DNA of 64,000 nucleotides. Origin: a virus (lineage: Duplodnaviria; Caudoviricetes). The stretch covers positions 153-64,152 of IMG/VR virus record IMGVR_UViG_3300034039_000011; one strand, given 5' to 3'. This document shows, in pieces, positions 47,948 to 59,497 of this stretch; position 1 is the stretch's first letter, and every line of letters starts with the position of its first letter. A program made the position numbers and the translations under genes. The notes beneath the pieces were generated by a model that saw nothing but the letters and a program-made list of their open reading frames with translations, ran no database searches and was not told the origin of the DNA.

Positions 47948-50900
47948 TTATAATGCTGCATTACCAGTACTTGATTTACATCTTGTTATTCCAAACTCAT
48001 CCGTTTCATAATTATATCCAAAGTAAGAACAACATTCAGGAGTAAATTCTTCTCTTCTTGTTCCAAAAATGTCAATAAACGTTATATAACCCGTGTTTGG
48101 ATCAGTAGAATAATAAGTATAATGTTTACAATCCAAACTACAAACGAAATTACCACCACCAGTATTACCAGCTATAAATCCATTAGAATTACAACAATCT
48201 TGTGAAACAAATTCTGTTACATTTTTTGTTGAATTATCTATCCAAAATACTAAACCTTGTTCATCTGAACCATATGCCACATAATTTCCACAGGATGGTG
48301 GTGGTTCTCCGCTCCCATCTCCATCTTGATTAACAACAACAGTATCGTCTACACAATAATCAACTCCTTTTACATTTGTTACTGAATAACCTTTAGCTGT
48401 ACAACATTCCGAAGGAATTGAATCATAACTATTTTTATATATATCTACAAAAGTTACAATACCAGTATTCGGATCTACACTGTCAACAGAATATTGATTA
48501 CAAGATAATTTACATCTTATTCCTGCTTTTTGAGTATAATCAACATCAAATCCATACTCTCCACAACATTCAGCATTAATAACATAATTTGTTGTTGCTT
48601 TATTTGTAGTATCCATAAATAATATAATTCCATCGCTACTTACATCACTTGGTACTAATGTTCCACATTTTGAACCTGTTAATGTTGAAGTATCTATACA
48701 ATAATTGCCATTGTCATCACTAGCAGAACTATATCCACCATAAGAACAACATTCACTACTAATATATATTGTTGTGTTACCTAAAGGATCAACAAACGTA
48801 ACCACACCTGTTTCTTTATCTACGGATACTGGTTTATAAGAATCACAACCAACATAACAATATGTTTGACCATTATCAACAAATGTTAAATATCCATTTT
48901 TAGAACAACATTCACTACTATCAACTATATATGTATTTGTGTTGTTTTCATCAACCCAAATAACAAAACCTTTTTCATCAATTGATGATGGAGATAATCC
49001 ACTACAAGGTCCAGTAGGTATCATATTTTCATCCCACCAACAAGAAGTATCACTTTCAGCAAAATATGTAAATCCCAAAACTTCACAACATTGTGGATTT
49101 GATATAAAAGTTGTGTTTGTACCATCATATAAATTAAATATTACATAACCATTTGAATCAAACGTGAAACCAGTATATGGACAATCATTTACACCTTCAC
49201 TTATATCTTCTTTTTTTGTAACAACATCTATTTTAATAGACCTGTCTATTGAACCAGTTTCACACCCACAATCCGTTGTTTCCACAGTTGGCTTCGGATC
49301 ATCTATTATTTCACCGCTTACCAACACAACATCAGATAAATCAACACCATCTGTATTAACTACATCTAAATATACATCTGTTGATGAAGTATCATTTACA
49401 TATCCACTATTATAATTTACAAAAATATTTTGAGAATATTCTTCAATATCCTCATTTTTTATCATTACTGGAGAAAAATCATTTATTAAACATCTCAATT
49501 TTTCAAAATATTTATAACCACCATCATATTCTCCCACATGGGGGTTATTACCTTCAAGTATATTAAAATTTGTATTATCTCCAGCAGTTTCTCTATACCA
49601 TAAACCATTATTTTGGAAATAATCGTCAATTGAATCTGATTTTAATTTAGGGTAACCTTCATCATCAACAAAATAATCATTTAAATCATCGTTTAATTTT
49701 AATTCAGATAAAACTTTTTTAAAAGTATCAATATCTATTTTATTTTTGGCTTTATATACATATTCGTTAAACTCAATTAACCCTCTTGGTATCCCAAAAA
49801 AATCTAATATAAAATCAATTGCTTTTCTTGTTCCTTTTGATTTCCACAACCAACTACTATTTAATATTAATCTTCTCCAAAATTCAATTTCCTTTTCTTT
49901 TAAAGTATATCCAACCGAATGTCCAGAAAATTCAGGTTCTTCTCTATTAAACAAATAATTTAATAAATTATTTTCATTTGAAAAGTTAATATTATAAAAT
50001 CCAAGAGCTTTTGATATGTTTTTTATAAATTTATCGGGAACATTATCTTTTTTATTATATGTAACAGTATAAGCATAAGATATGGAATCAATATATCTTT
50101 TTATTTTATCAAATTCAACACCATAAATGTTTAATAATTTATTTATTTTTTGACTTTCTGAAATTATTACTTCACCATCACAAGTTCTTATACTATCAAA
50201 TTCAGTTATAGATTTTGGTACTAAAAATCTTTTTATTAAATCTGTTTTAAATGAATCATAATTTTCTGAAATCTCCATTAACTTTTTAACATATGAAATA
50301 TATTCAGGAGAATCATAGTCAATATTATACCCATCACTTGTATTCCAAGTTAATTTTTCTTTACTTCTAATTATTCTACCATCATTTGACCTTTTTAATA
50401 TATTAAATTCTGCTGTATATTTTGGAATTGTATGCCTATTTAATAAGGTAGCTTCAAAATCATTTAATGACATGAAAAATTTATCTATTTCCACATCATT
50501 TGGTCTTATATGATAGTTTAAGGTATTATTTATATTTCCATCATTAATATTTCCTTCAACCTCAAAATATACATAACCAGATGATGCATCACTTGATCCT
50601 GTAAACGAAAGAATTTTATATGTTTTACCACTATAATCTACGACAAATTTACCATATGATAATTTAAGATTTCTTAATTCATTATTTTCATTATACTTAG
50701 CTAATGGATTGCCATTTTCCAAATAACTTATTAAAAATTTATTTGATATTGCCCCGACATTTATTTTAAAAGTAGATTTATTAGTAGTTATATCATAATT
50801 ATAATCTTCTATTGTTTGATATGTTTGATTAGTAAAATCATTGGTGTTTTTTATATATAAAGATGCAGGATAATTTATTATTATATTTTCCAATGAAACT

Positions 50901-51244
50901 CTTACCATTTCAGCCATTGAGCTGAAATAAGAATAATTTGTTAATATTGAATTATCGTAATTTAATTTTACTGAAGAAAATTCATTATTTACTATCTCAA
51001 TTGACTTCTCATCTAAATTAATATCACTTAAAGTTACAAAACTGCTAAATTTCCTTGTAAGATATTGTTTTTCAGTCTTTTCAGTAGGTGATGGGACAAT
51101 CAAAAAATTTCCAAAAGTAAACAAAGATTGGCTTTCTTTTGATGATATTTGGTTTCCGACTAAATCGTCAGAAAAATTTCTATATTCTATACCATCATCA
51201 AAAAAAACTCTTTGTGCGTATCCTACTATTTTTACTTTTCCCAT
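47948..51244 (-). CDS. Baseplate wedge-like protein (tail protein I/gp7-like core) with C-terminal 4-Cys repeats
   Basis: WLWKSKGTRKAIDFIL..FG motif; seven C..CC..C repeats. Confidence 0.6.
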   Translation of the reverse strand: MGKVKIVGYAQRVFFDDGIEYRNFSDDLVGNQISSKESQSLFTFGNFLIVPSPTEKTEKQYLTRKFSSFVTLSDINLDEKSIEIVNNEFSSVKLNYDNSILTNYSYFSSMAEMVRVSLENIIINYPASLYIKNTNDFTNQTYQTIEDYNYDITTNKSTFKINVGAISNKFLISYLENGNPLAKYNENNELRNLKLSYGKFVVDYSGKTYKILSFTGSSDASSGYVYFEVEGNINDGNINNTLNYHIRPNDVEIDKFFMSLNDFEATLLNRHTIPKYTAEFNILKRSNDGRIIRSKEKLTWNTSDGYNIDYDSPEYISYVKKLMEISENYDSFKTDLIKRFLVPKSITEFDSIRTCDGEVIISESQKINKLLNIYGVEFDKIKRYIDSISYAYTVTYNKKDNVPDKFIKNISKALGFYNINFSNENNLLNYLFNREEPEFSGHSVGYTLKEKEIEFWRRLILNSSWLWKSKGTRKAIDFILDFFGIPRGLIEFNEYVYKAKNKIDIDTFKKVLSELKLNDDLNDYFVDDEGYPKLKSDSIDDYFQNNGLWYRETAGDNTNFNILEGNNPHVGEYDGGYKYFEKLRCLINDFSPVMIKNEDIEEYSQNIFVNYNSGYVNDTSSTDVYLDVVNTDGVDLSDVVLVSGEIIDDPKPTVETTDCGCETGSIDRSIKIDVVTKKEDISEGVNDCPYTGFTFDSNGYVIFNLYDGTNTTFISNPQCCEVLGFTYFAESDTSCWWDENMIPTGPCSGLSPSSIDEKGFVIWVDENNTNTYIVDSSECCSKNGYLTFVDNGQTYCYVGCDSYKPVSVDKETGVVTFVDPLGNTTIYISSECCSYGGYSSASDDNGNYCIDTSTLTGSKCGTLVPSDVSSDGIILFMDTTNKATTNYVINAECCGEYGFDVDYTQKAGIRCKLSCNQYSVDSVDPNTGIVTFVDIYKNSYDSIPSECCTAKGYSVTNVKGVDYCVDDTVVVNQDGDGSGEPPPSCGNYVAYGSDEQGLVFWIDNSTKNVTEFVSQDCCNSNGFIAGNTGGGNFVCSLDCKHYTYYSTDPNTGYITFIDIFGTRREEFTPECCSYFGYNYETDEFGITRCKSSTGNAAL

Positions 51245-51250
51245 TACCTA

Positions 51251-52147
51251 TTAAACATTTGTAATATCATCAAAACCTTTATTAAAGTCAATATCTAATT
51301 TTTGTTCTTTAACTTCAAACAATGGTTTTCCTGTAAATTCATCTTTTATTTCATATAAATTATATTGTCTATAAATCTCATTGTCAAAATTATATATTGT
51401 ATATATTCCATCTTCAAGAGATTTAGTTTGATTTCCATATAAGGCATATGCCAATGTTTCAATATCATGTTCAACTATTTCAACTTCAAGAAGTAATGGG
51501 TTAAAATATGTATTTGTTATTATAACATCTTGATTAGGATTACCAATAAAAGGAACTGCATTTGGCTTTACATTACTTGTAGAAGAAGGTGTTAAAGTAC
51601 AAAACACCAATGAAGAACTATCATTAAATCTATACCTTATTGCTTTTTGGTTGCTATTTGTTAAATTTTGATTTACTGGTTCACATTTATTATTACTTGT
51701 AACAATTCTAAAAAGATTTGGTATTTTTAATCCTTCTCCATTAAGGTATTCTATTCTAAATCCAACCAAATTACCATTTTGGAATTTATTCACAAAATTA
51801 TTTGGTATTTCATTTAAATCAAATACTAGACCTTTAACATTAGGAGATGTTGCTAATACTCCACAATCAACAATTCTTGTTCTTATTTCTGCTGGTCTTA
51901 TGTAGATATTATAAATTCCAATAGCATTAAATATTGTGGTTGGTATTTTCAAATCATATAAACCTCCCATTAATTCAATACCATTTCCATTGGGGTTTTC
52001 TATTTTTGATAAAACTTGATCCCCAGATAATTTTGTTATTGTAGGACTTTCTGTAGAGGTTCTTGATGGTGTATAATATACAATAACCTCAACGTCTGTT
52101 AACTCAACGTCTGCTGGTCTTACTGTTCCAAATGTTCCTGTTGCCAT
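51251..52147 (-). CDS. Hypothetical protein in the baseplate cluster
   Basis: 298 aa ORF in the operon. Confidence 0.7.
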   Translation of the reverse strand: MATGTFGTVRPADVELTDVEVIVYYTPSRTSTESPTITKLSGDQVLSKIENPNGNGIELMGGLYDLKIPTTIFNAIGIYNIYIRPAEIRTRIVDCGVLATSPNVKGLVFDLNEIPNNFVNKFQNGNLVGFRIEYLNGEGLKIPNLFRIVTSNNKCEPVNQNLTNSNQKAIRYRFNDSSSLVFCTLTPSSTSNVKPNAVPFIGNPNQDVIITNTYFNPLLLEVEIVEHDIETLAYALYGNQTKSLEDGIYTIYNFDNEIYRQYNLYEIKDEFTGKPLFEVKEQKLDIDFNKGFDDITNV

Positions 52148-52151
52148 ATTT

Positions 52152-52958
52152 TTATGTTTTATTTATATTAAAAAAACCGTTACCAAATAATTCTAAATGT
52201 TCTAAACTCTTAACATCTACTAATGATAAGTGATATTCAAATACACTATTCTCACCTCTATCTATAAATACATCACTTTTAACTTCTGGTTCTTCACTTA
52301 TATTCATTAAATATTCTTCTTTAAAAATTGCTTTAATATCTGTATTTGTATCGTTCCAACCTTCTGATTTGTATCTTATTATTGTTGTTCCATCATCAAG
52401 TTTTACCAGTCTAAACCCACCTTTTTGTTGGTCAGTTCCGATATTTGAATCATCATTGGCATCAATAACATATTCTATTACATCACCACTTATTGAAATA
52501 ACTCTATTTACACCGTTTATTAAATCATTTTTATAATTATAATAAACTTCTTTTTTAACATCGAAACCAACAATATATGGTGAATTTGATTTTATTGTTC
52601 TTACTTCAGATAATCTACTCTCACTTGTTAATGCTATTTCATCACCTTCAGCAAAATATTTTTGCGGCGTTGAAAAATCTATTCTAGTATCACCTGTAAA
52701 ACCACTATAATTAAAAACATATATTGGATTGTTAAAAAATCCAAATGTAATACCACTTTGAGATAACTTATCAATTAAAACATCATAATTTACTTGTGTT
52801 GTTAAATAATTATCATGAGAATAATAACCAACATCATTTATATTTTGTGTTAATAAAATTTTAAATGTTACATATTCTTTATCAATTGAACCATAAAATC
52901 CACCACCCTCACGAGTGATTAAATCTTCTATTGATATTTTATAACGTTTTATATCCAT
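52152..52958 (-). CDS. Hypothetical protein in the baseplate cluster
   Basis: 268 aa; PEVKSDVFIDRG near the C-terminus. Confidence 0.7.
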   Translation of the reverse strand: MDIKRYKISIEDLITREGGGFYGSIDKEYVTFKILLTQNINDVGYYSHDNYLTTQVNYDVLIDKLSQSGITFGFFNNPIYVFNYSGFTGDTRIDFSTPQKYFAEGDEIALTSESRLSEVRTIKSNSPYIVGFDVKKEVYYNYKNDLINGVNRVISISGDVIEYVIDANDDSNIGTDQQKGGFRLVKLDDGTTIIRYKSEGWNDTNTDIKAIFKEEYLMNISEEPEVKSDVFIDRGENSVFEYHLSLVDVKSLEHLELFGNGFFNINKT

Positions 52959-53782
52959 TATTTAACTTGAACTTCGTATAATTCAATAATATATTCATTA
53001 TTGGAATATGTTATATTATTTGAATATGTTTCATCAATTAAATAATATAATTTATTATTATCTTCTTTTAAAGTAAATTTCATAAATAATGACTTGTTTA
53101 TTTCATTTATTTCAAGTTTCGTATTACTTGTAGATAAATTTTTTGTTTTACCATTTGATGCATTATTCCATGTTGCTCTCATAAATAAATCCAATGGTAA
53201 ATCTTTTTTATTATATAAAATATAATATCCATCAGATAATAAATCACTATTTTTACTTGAATCACCAACAATAAATCTTATTGGTATTTGTTGCAATGGT
53301 TTTGGTTTATTTGAATCCAATGCTGATGACAATACTCCTTGCTGTGGTTTAATAATATCTGAATCATATAATCTGCAATATATTATTGTCTGAAATAAAA
53401 AGTTTTGATTTGTTACATCATCACTATCAAAAAACATTAATCTTAAAAAAGAACGTTTAAATTTGTTTTTATTATATCTTAAATCCCCATATGTAAACCC
53501 TTCAATGTCATATGTGGTGTGGTTTATTAAATTACCATTATCGTCTAATAAATTTAAATAATACGATATTTTATCTACATCACCATTATTATTTGTTGGT
53601 ATAAACCTATATTTTTCATAATCAACAATAGGATTTATTGCTTTTTCAACTTCTACTGAAATAAAATCTTTTTCCAATATTTCAGCTTGACCATACCAAT
53701 CTTCATTTTGAATTATTGGTATTTTAAAGTTTATATAATCGCTTTTTAATTTATTTAAATTTAATTTATATCTATTTAACAT
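52958..53782 (-). CDS. Hypothetical protein in the baseplate cluster
   Basis: 274 aa, translationally coupled. Confidence 0.7.
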   Translation of the reverse strand: MLNRYKLNLNKLKSDYINFKIPIIQNEDWYGQAEILEKDFISVEVEKAINPIVDYEKYRFIPTNNNGDVDKISYYLNLLDDNGNLINHTTYDIEGFTYGDLRYNKNKFKRSFLRLMFFDSDDVTNQNFLFQTIIYCRLYDSDIIKPQQGVLSSALDSNKPKPLQQIPIRFIVGDSSKNSDLLSDGYYILYNKKDLPLDLFMRATWNNASNGKTKNLSTSNTKLEINEINKSLFMKFTLKEDNNKLYYLIDETYSNNITYSNNEYIIELYEVQVK

Positions 53783-55479
53783 ATTTCACTGCTTTTATTT
53801 ACTTTAAATTTATCACTTAATACATATCCTCTTGGATCAGATGGAAACTCATCTGAATATAACCCATATAATCCATTAGGGTCTTGTCTTTTTAATAATA
53901 AACATATTTTTTTATGTATATAATGCCTTCCATTTATAAATGGGTAATCTAATGGTTTATTGCTAGTGTCAGATATACCTAAATCTAATAAATCTCTCCA
54001 TAACCATCTACCATCTCCCAAGTCCTCAGCATAATCAGGTATTCCATATGTAGATTCATCACCTTGTTCCACATAATTTGAAAATTCTCTAATTTTAATT
54101 AAATGATGAGGTTTATAATAATATCCTTCATATCTTGGTGATACAGTAATTGAGCTTTCAGCACCTGTAAGATCAGTAATAGTTCCACCAAGTATTCTAT
54201 TATTTGTGTTAAATCTATGCATAACTTCAGCCAAAACAGTTTCTTTAACCTCAAACCTGTTATATTCTACAATATCACCAAAAAAGTGTGTGTTACTTAT
54301 ATCTACATTTGTTTCTAATGACACATGTGGAATTGGTGATGAACCATTATGTATTCTATGTATATCAGGTATTATATTTGGAAAATTTATCATTGATGGT
54401 ATATATGGTGCTTCAATACCAGATTTTATTTCCGTAAACATATCACCATTACCATCATTAAAATTACTTCTTTTTTTTATGAATGTAAAATATAATTCTG
54501 AAATTGGTCTGTTTAAATTATCTCTTATATTAGCTAAATCAATATCATAATTTAATAAAAAATGATAATTTACATCATTAAAAATATTTTTTGAAAAAGA
54601 TAATTTATTTATTAAAAATTTATCAGTATCAACATATCCGTTAACTATTGGTATTTTTTTAAACATTCTGGCATAATATGTTGATTCCTCACCTCTAAAA
54701 ATTCTAACCATTCTTGAGTTGTTTGATATTTCACCACCTTCCATCTCAATTGAAAAGAAATAATCACTAAGTTCATTTTTTTCATTTCCTATTTTAAAAA
54801 CAGTATAAATACCATCTTTACTATTATCAAGTAAATTTTTCAATCTCACAGTATCTCCAGGTAATAAATTATGTTTTATTGGCGTTGCAAATTGATATAC
54901 TGTTTTCCCACCTATCTCTAATTGTGTTGATTCAATAATTATTATTCCACCATCAATTAAATCAATTGTTTTGTTATAATCGGGATATGTGATAGCCAAA
55001 TCCCAATTTGTTGGATTTATTTCAAAATGATTTCTAGATGGATACATGTCGTTCCATTTACAACCATCTGTTGATCCTATGTTTGGGTCTAGATAACCAA
55101 ACCACCCATCAACTTCTTTTAAATTTTGTTCTATTGCTTCTTTATAAGTAATATCTTCTTCCTCATCAAAATCAACTGTATTTGGTGGGTATGACCTATC
55201 CCTAAAATAGGGATTAACCATAAAAGTCTCAAAACTATTATCACCAGTAATGTTCATTAAACAATTTGAAAATATTGTTGTTACATCAAAAGTAAACCTA
55301 TATTTATATGATTCTTGTCTTTCTTTATTAAATTGTTCACTTTGACTTATTATTTTATTAATTTCAGAATATGGTAATAATTTTGATTTTGAAGATAATA
55401 TAATTTTGTTCTTTTTGCTTATATCACTTTTTTCCTTTGATTTTGAACTTTCAAATATGTATTTAAATTTATTTTCCAT
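53776..55479 (-). CDS. Hypothetical protein in the baseplate cluster
   Basis: 567 aa, translationally coupled. Confidence 0.7.
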   Translation of the reverse strand: MENKFKYIFESSKSKEKSDISKKNKIILSSKSKLLPYSEINKIISQSEQFNKERQESYKYRFTFDVTTIFSNCLMNITGDNSFETFMVNPYFRDRSYPPNTVDFDEEEDITYKEAIEQNLKEVDGWFGYLDPNIGSTDGCKWNDMYPSRNHFEINPTNWDLAITYPDYNKTIDLIDGGIIIIESTQLEIGGKTVYQFATPIKHNLLPGDTVRLKNLLDNSKDGIYTVFKIGNEKNELSDYFFSIEMEGGEISNNSRMVRIFRGEESTYYARMFKKIPIVNGYVDTDKFLINKLSFSKNIFNDVNYHFLLNYDIDLANIRDNLNRPISELYFTFIKKRSNFNDGNGDMFTEIKSGIEAPYIPSMINFPNIIPDIHRIHNGSSPIPHVSLETNVDISNTHFFGDIVEYNRFEVKETVLAEVMHRFNTNNRILGGTITDLTGAESSITVSPRYEGYYYKPHHLIKIREFSNYVEQGDESTYGIPDYAEDLGDGRWLWRDLLDLGISDTSNKPLDYPFINGRHYIHKKICLLLKRQDPNGLYGLYSDEFPSDPRGYVLSDKFKVNKSSEIC

Positions 55480-58400
55480 TATACAATTATACTTACTGTT
55501 TCTGAACAGCCGTTATTATCAGTTACTTCTACAGTATAAGTTCCGATTGAATTTGGTGTATATGTATCACTACCACCAGAATAAATGTTTTTACTATATA
55601 CTTGATTATTACTACTGTCATATATTTTTACCACATACGGTGCTTGTCCACCACTTGGGGATATTGTTATATCTCCACTACTAGTAGTAACACCTGGAGA
55701 TATTGGACCAGGTTCATTTATTGGTATTGTAGCATAGATTTCACATCCATTATCATCTGTTATTGTAATTTCATATTCACCTGGTTCCAAATTATCAAAT
55801 ACTACAGGACTTCCATTAAATGTTTCGGTTTGACCAAAATCAAACACAATTGTATATGGTGGAACTCCTCCTGTTATATTACTTATTGTTATTGTACCAT
55901 CATTATTACCATAACAGGTTACATCTGTAAATGTAATAGTAGGAGAAATTTGTTGTGGTTCTGATATGTTTACTGTTTGAGTTACTGTTTGATTTAAAGA
56001 ATCTGTTGCTGTTATTGTATATGTTCCACCTTCTAAATCATATAAATTTGTATTTGAACTTGAAAAACCATTTGGTCCAGTTATAGACCAAGTTATAGGT
56101 GGATTACCACTTGTATAATCTAAATAAATTTCACCATCATTAGCTCCATAACACGTTATATCTGTTTTTTGGACATCAATAATCAATTCATCAGGTTCTA
56201 TTATTGTAACTAATGCTGGAGAACATTTTACAGAATTATTATTAACATCATAAATATTTACTTCATAATTTCCTGCTGGTAAATTAGTGAATGTATAAGA
56301 ATTACTATTTGAAACTGTAGTAGTATTTATTATGTTACCATTATTATAATCTTTTAATTCTAATGTATATGGTCCACCATCACCACCACTAATATCTGTA
56401 ACAATTATTTTTCCATCATTTAAACCATGTTTGCTTATATTAACTGGAGTTAAAAAACAATATAATGGTAGCCCACCATTTATATAATAAGAATATGTAA
56501 ATACCTTACCATCACTTGTAATTATTTTTAAAACATAAGTACCTTCACATAAATTTGATATATTTTGTGAAGTTGATGTAAACCCACCAGGTCCTTCCCA
56601 TGAAATATCATAAGAACCTGAACTATATATAATTTCTAATGAAATTGAACCATCACAAGAAGTTGATGAAGTTGCATGATTTATATCTGCATTAACAGTT
56701 ATATTGGTTTTATTTTGACTCTTACAATCATTAAAATATTTTTCTTTCATTAAATCCAATGCACTTTTTCCTGGTCTTAAACCGAAATAAAAATAAAATG
56801 AATTTGATGGTTGATTTATAATACCTATTTTAACACCTCTGTATAATTCATAAGCAACAGAATTAAACAATGCATGTTTATTGCTATCAGTAAAGTTTAA
56901 TAAATCAATGCCTGAATTTGGTTCATTAAGTAATGCAAAATAATCTCTAATCAATAAATCATCAACATCACAATTATCAATAACTCTATCTATGCCCATA
57001 CTTCCATTACACCCTAATTTTGGTGGTTCGTCTGTTCTATCTTCATCAAGACCTACACCAATTTCACAAATTCTTTTAATATTCTCACAGGTTCTTGCAT
57101 TTGTTTCAATACCTGTACATGTTAAATTAAAAAACAAGGAATCTGCTATATCATTGCTTGCTGAATCATAACCACTAACTATAACTTTATTGCCATCATA
57201 TTCATCTAATAAATCAGGTGTTTTATATGATGTTATATTTAATCTGTCATGTATTTTTAATATATTTTGCCAATCACAATCATACATACTACCTAATATA
57301 ACTAAATCAGTAGCTAATAATTTATAATTATCATTATGTGATATTGGTGAATAATATAAAGTATCGTTATGTTTATTTATTAGTCCATCTCTTATTAAAT
57401 CGCTTAAATTTGAATCCGCACCATCTGATGTACAAGTGTCAACTAAATAATTATTTCTACATTTATTATCTCCTATGTTATCATTATTACCATCTACACC
57501 ATCACCATAATCACTACAATTATTTTCACAAAACTTTTCTTTACCCTTTTTATTTTTCTTATACTTGAATAAAGGAAAATATAATACCCCATTTACCCAA
57601 TCATTATAAAAATCAAATTTCCACACATCTAAAATTTCTGCTAATTGTATTGATAAACAAAATGCCCATCCAGCGTCTTTTTTGGGAGACGTTTCATTTG
57701 CACCATGTCCTGGATGTCCATCATCAGGATAATGTTGTGGTTTGTCGTCTGTATTTCTGTATGGGGATATTTTATCCGAACTCTTTTCACATCCTGGACC
57801 ATAAGTTTCATCATTACATTTTACTATAATACACCCTATATAATCAATATAATCTTTATTACAATCACAATCACATGAATTGTTACCACCACAATCACAA
57901 TTAGCATCTCCTATACAAGCCTTTTTTTTACAATTGCATTTTTTACTACCACTTTTAATTGAACAAGCAAGTTTACCAATGAACCATATTACTTTACAAA
58001 TTACTTTTAATATATCATTTATAACTTTAAAAACAGAGTTTATTATTTTAAAGATAACAGAATTTAAAAAGACAATAATAAATGATATTATCTGTATTAT
58101 AATACAAAGTATTAAAAACAATGGGTTTAATTTTGAATCTATCCTATTAAACGGAAATGGATTTGCTGTTCCTACACAATCATCAACATCTTTTATACCA
58201 ATAAAAGTTCTTTTATTATGACCTGATGTGGCTTGAAATCTTGGTATAAAATTTTTAACAGTATATATTTTATTCCAATATAAATCTCTAAAATTTTCTT
58301 CTTTTGTTTCTTCATTAAAATTGTAATCAACATCATTTATGGTATTAGGATTATGTGGAACTAAATAAGATGCTCTTGTTCTTAATCTACCATCACCACC

Positions 58401-59486
58401 ATCCATATCCAAACCAACTTTAAATCTAACCTTTGCCCTTGTAGGTATTCCCTTATTCGGCGATTCACTTGGAACTAATTCACCAAATTCATTTGTTACC
58501 ATATAATCCAAATTCATTGGAACTTGGAAAGCCCAAACACCATCATCATTTATAACCCTTCCACCATCTATTGATATTTCTTCAACACCACCATCAACAG
58601 TTTTTCTTAAAATATTTATACTTCCAGGTGTAGTGGTCATATCACATATATAACCTGTTTTTTTTCTTGGTCTGCACCTTTTATTTACTGAATTTTTATG
58701 ACTATCTGTTATTGCAGAACCAATAAATAAAGCACTTGGTTGTATTTTTATTTTTGTATCGAAATCAATTCTTGTTATACCGATTTCACAATTTGATTTA
58801 TCACCCCAAAAAGGAATTACATTTACAGAAGTTATATTTGATTTGAATTGAGGTAATGTCAATAATTCTTTTGAGCTTTTAAATTGAGTTGTACCTTCAA
58901 AAATTTCTTTTGGTGAACCTTCCCTTATTAAATCATAAGGTCTTTGAGAATAAATTCCAATATCTGATATGTCAACGTTAAAAACAATATTATGTTCCCC
59001 TACAGGAACACCAAATATCATAAAATCACCAGCTTCATTTGTTACGGAAGTATATTTATAATATTTACAATATACATCAGAATATTTATCAACATCCAAA
59101 ATCTCTCTTTTATCGGGGAATGAGCCTATTGGAGTATGACATTCAAATTTTTGATTTTTTGGTAACAAATTATATATGATTCCATCATCATTCTTATCTA
59201 AAGGGGTTTCATATGGATAAAGTTCTTTTATTTCATCATCCAAATCATCATATTCAGATGCCTTTACAAATATAGAAACTTTTGCATTAGGAACACCAAC
59301 ACCACCATTCATTATCACCCTACCAACTACAACACCATAATCTGAACAAAACCTTCTATAAGCCTCATTTTGAGAAATATTAAGAGATAAAATTTGTATA
59401 AAATCAAAATCTTGTTCAATATTTACTCTAATACTAGAACTTTTAAAACTATTTGGTGTTGTTCTTATTCTTATGGTTTTGTCCAT
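55479..59486 (-). CDS. Large baseplate-cluster protein: carboxypeptidase-regulatory-like domain, hydrophobic helix, Cys-rich region and C-terminal SprB repeats
   Basis: GVVVGRV..GVPNAKVS...TNEAGDFMIFGVPVG; PLFLILCIIIQIISFIIVFL; TDITCYGANDG, TDVTCYGNNDG..GGVPPY, NLxxGxY.VT.TD.NGC. Confidence 0.7.
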   Translation of the reverse strand: MDKTIRIRTTPNSFKSSSIRVNIEQDFDFIQILSLNISQNEAYRRFCSDYGVVVGRVIMNGGVGVPNAKVSIFVKASEYDDLDDEIKELYPYETPLDKNDDGIIYNLLPKNQKFECHTPIGSFPDKREILDVDKYSDVYCKYYKYTSVTNEAGDFMIFGVPVGEHNIVFNVDISDIGIYSQRPYDLIREGSPKEIFEGTTQFKSSKELLTLPQFKSNITSVNVIPFWGDKSNCEIGITRIDFDTKIKIQPSALFIGSAITDSHKNSVNKRCRPRKKTGYICDMTTTPGSINILRKTVDGGVEEISIDGGRVINDDGVWAFQVPMNLDYMVTNEFGELVPSESPNKGIPTRAKVRFKVGLDMDGGDGRLRTRASYLVPHNPNTINDVDYNFNEETKEENFRDLYWNKIYTVKNFIPRFQATSGHNKRTFIGIKDVDDCVGTANPFPFNRIDSKLNPLFLILCIIIQIISFIIVFLNSVIFKIINSVFKVINDILKVICKVIWFIGKLACSIKSGSKKCNCKKKACIGDANCDCGGNNSCDCDCNKDYIDYIGCIIVKCNDETYGPGCEKSSDKISPYRNTDDKPQHYPDDGHPGHGANETSPKKDAGWAFCLSIQLAEILDVWKFDFYNDWVNGVLYFPLFKYKKNKKGKEKFCENNCSDYGDGVDGNNDNIGDNKCRNNYLVDTCTSDGADSNLSDLIRDGLINKHNDTLYYSPISHNDNYKLLATDLVILGSMYDCDWQNILKIHDRLNITSYKTPDLLDEYDGNKVIVSGYDSASNDIADSLFFNLTCTGIETNARTCENIKRICEIGVGLDEDRTDEPPKLGCNGSMGIDRVIDNCDVDDLLIRDYFALLNEPNSGIDLLNFTDSNKHALFNSVAYELYRGVKIGIINQPSNSFYFYFGLRPGKSALDLMKEKYFNDCKSQNKTNITVNADINHATSSTSCDGSISLEIIYSSGSYDISWEGPGGFTSTSQNISNLCEGTYVLKIITSDGKVFTYSYYINGGLPLYCFLTPVNISKHGLNDGKIIVTDISGGDGGPYTLELKDYNNGNIINTTTVSNSNSYTFTNLPAGNYEVNIYDVNNNSVKCSPALVTIIEPDELIIDVQKTDITCYGANDGEIYLDYTSGNPPITWSITGPNGFSSSNTNLYDLEGGTYTITATDSLNQTVTQTVNISEPQQISPTITFTDVTCYGNNDGTITISNITGGVPPYTIVFDFGQTETFNGSPVVFDNLEPGEYEITITDDNGCEIYATIPINEPGPISPGVTTSSGDITISPSGGQAPYVVKIYDSSNNQVYSKNIYSGGSDTYTPNSIGTYTVEVTDNNGCSETVSIIV

Positions 59487-59497
59487 TAAACTTTTTT

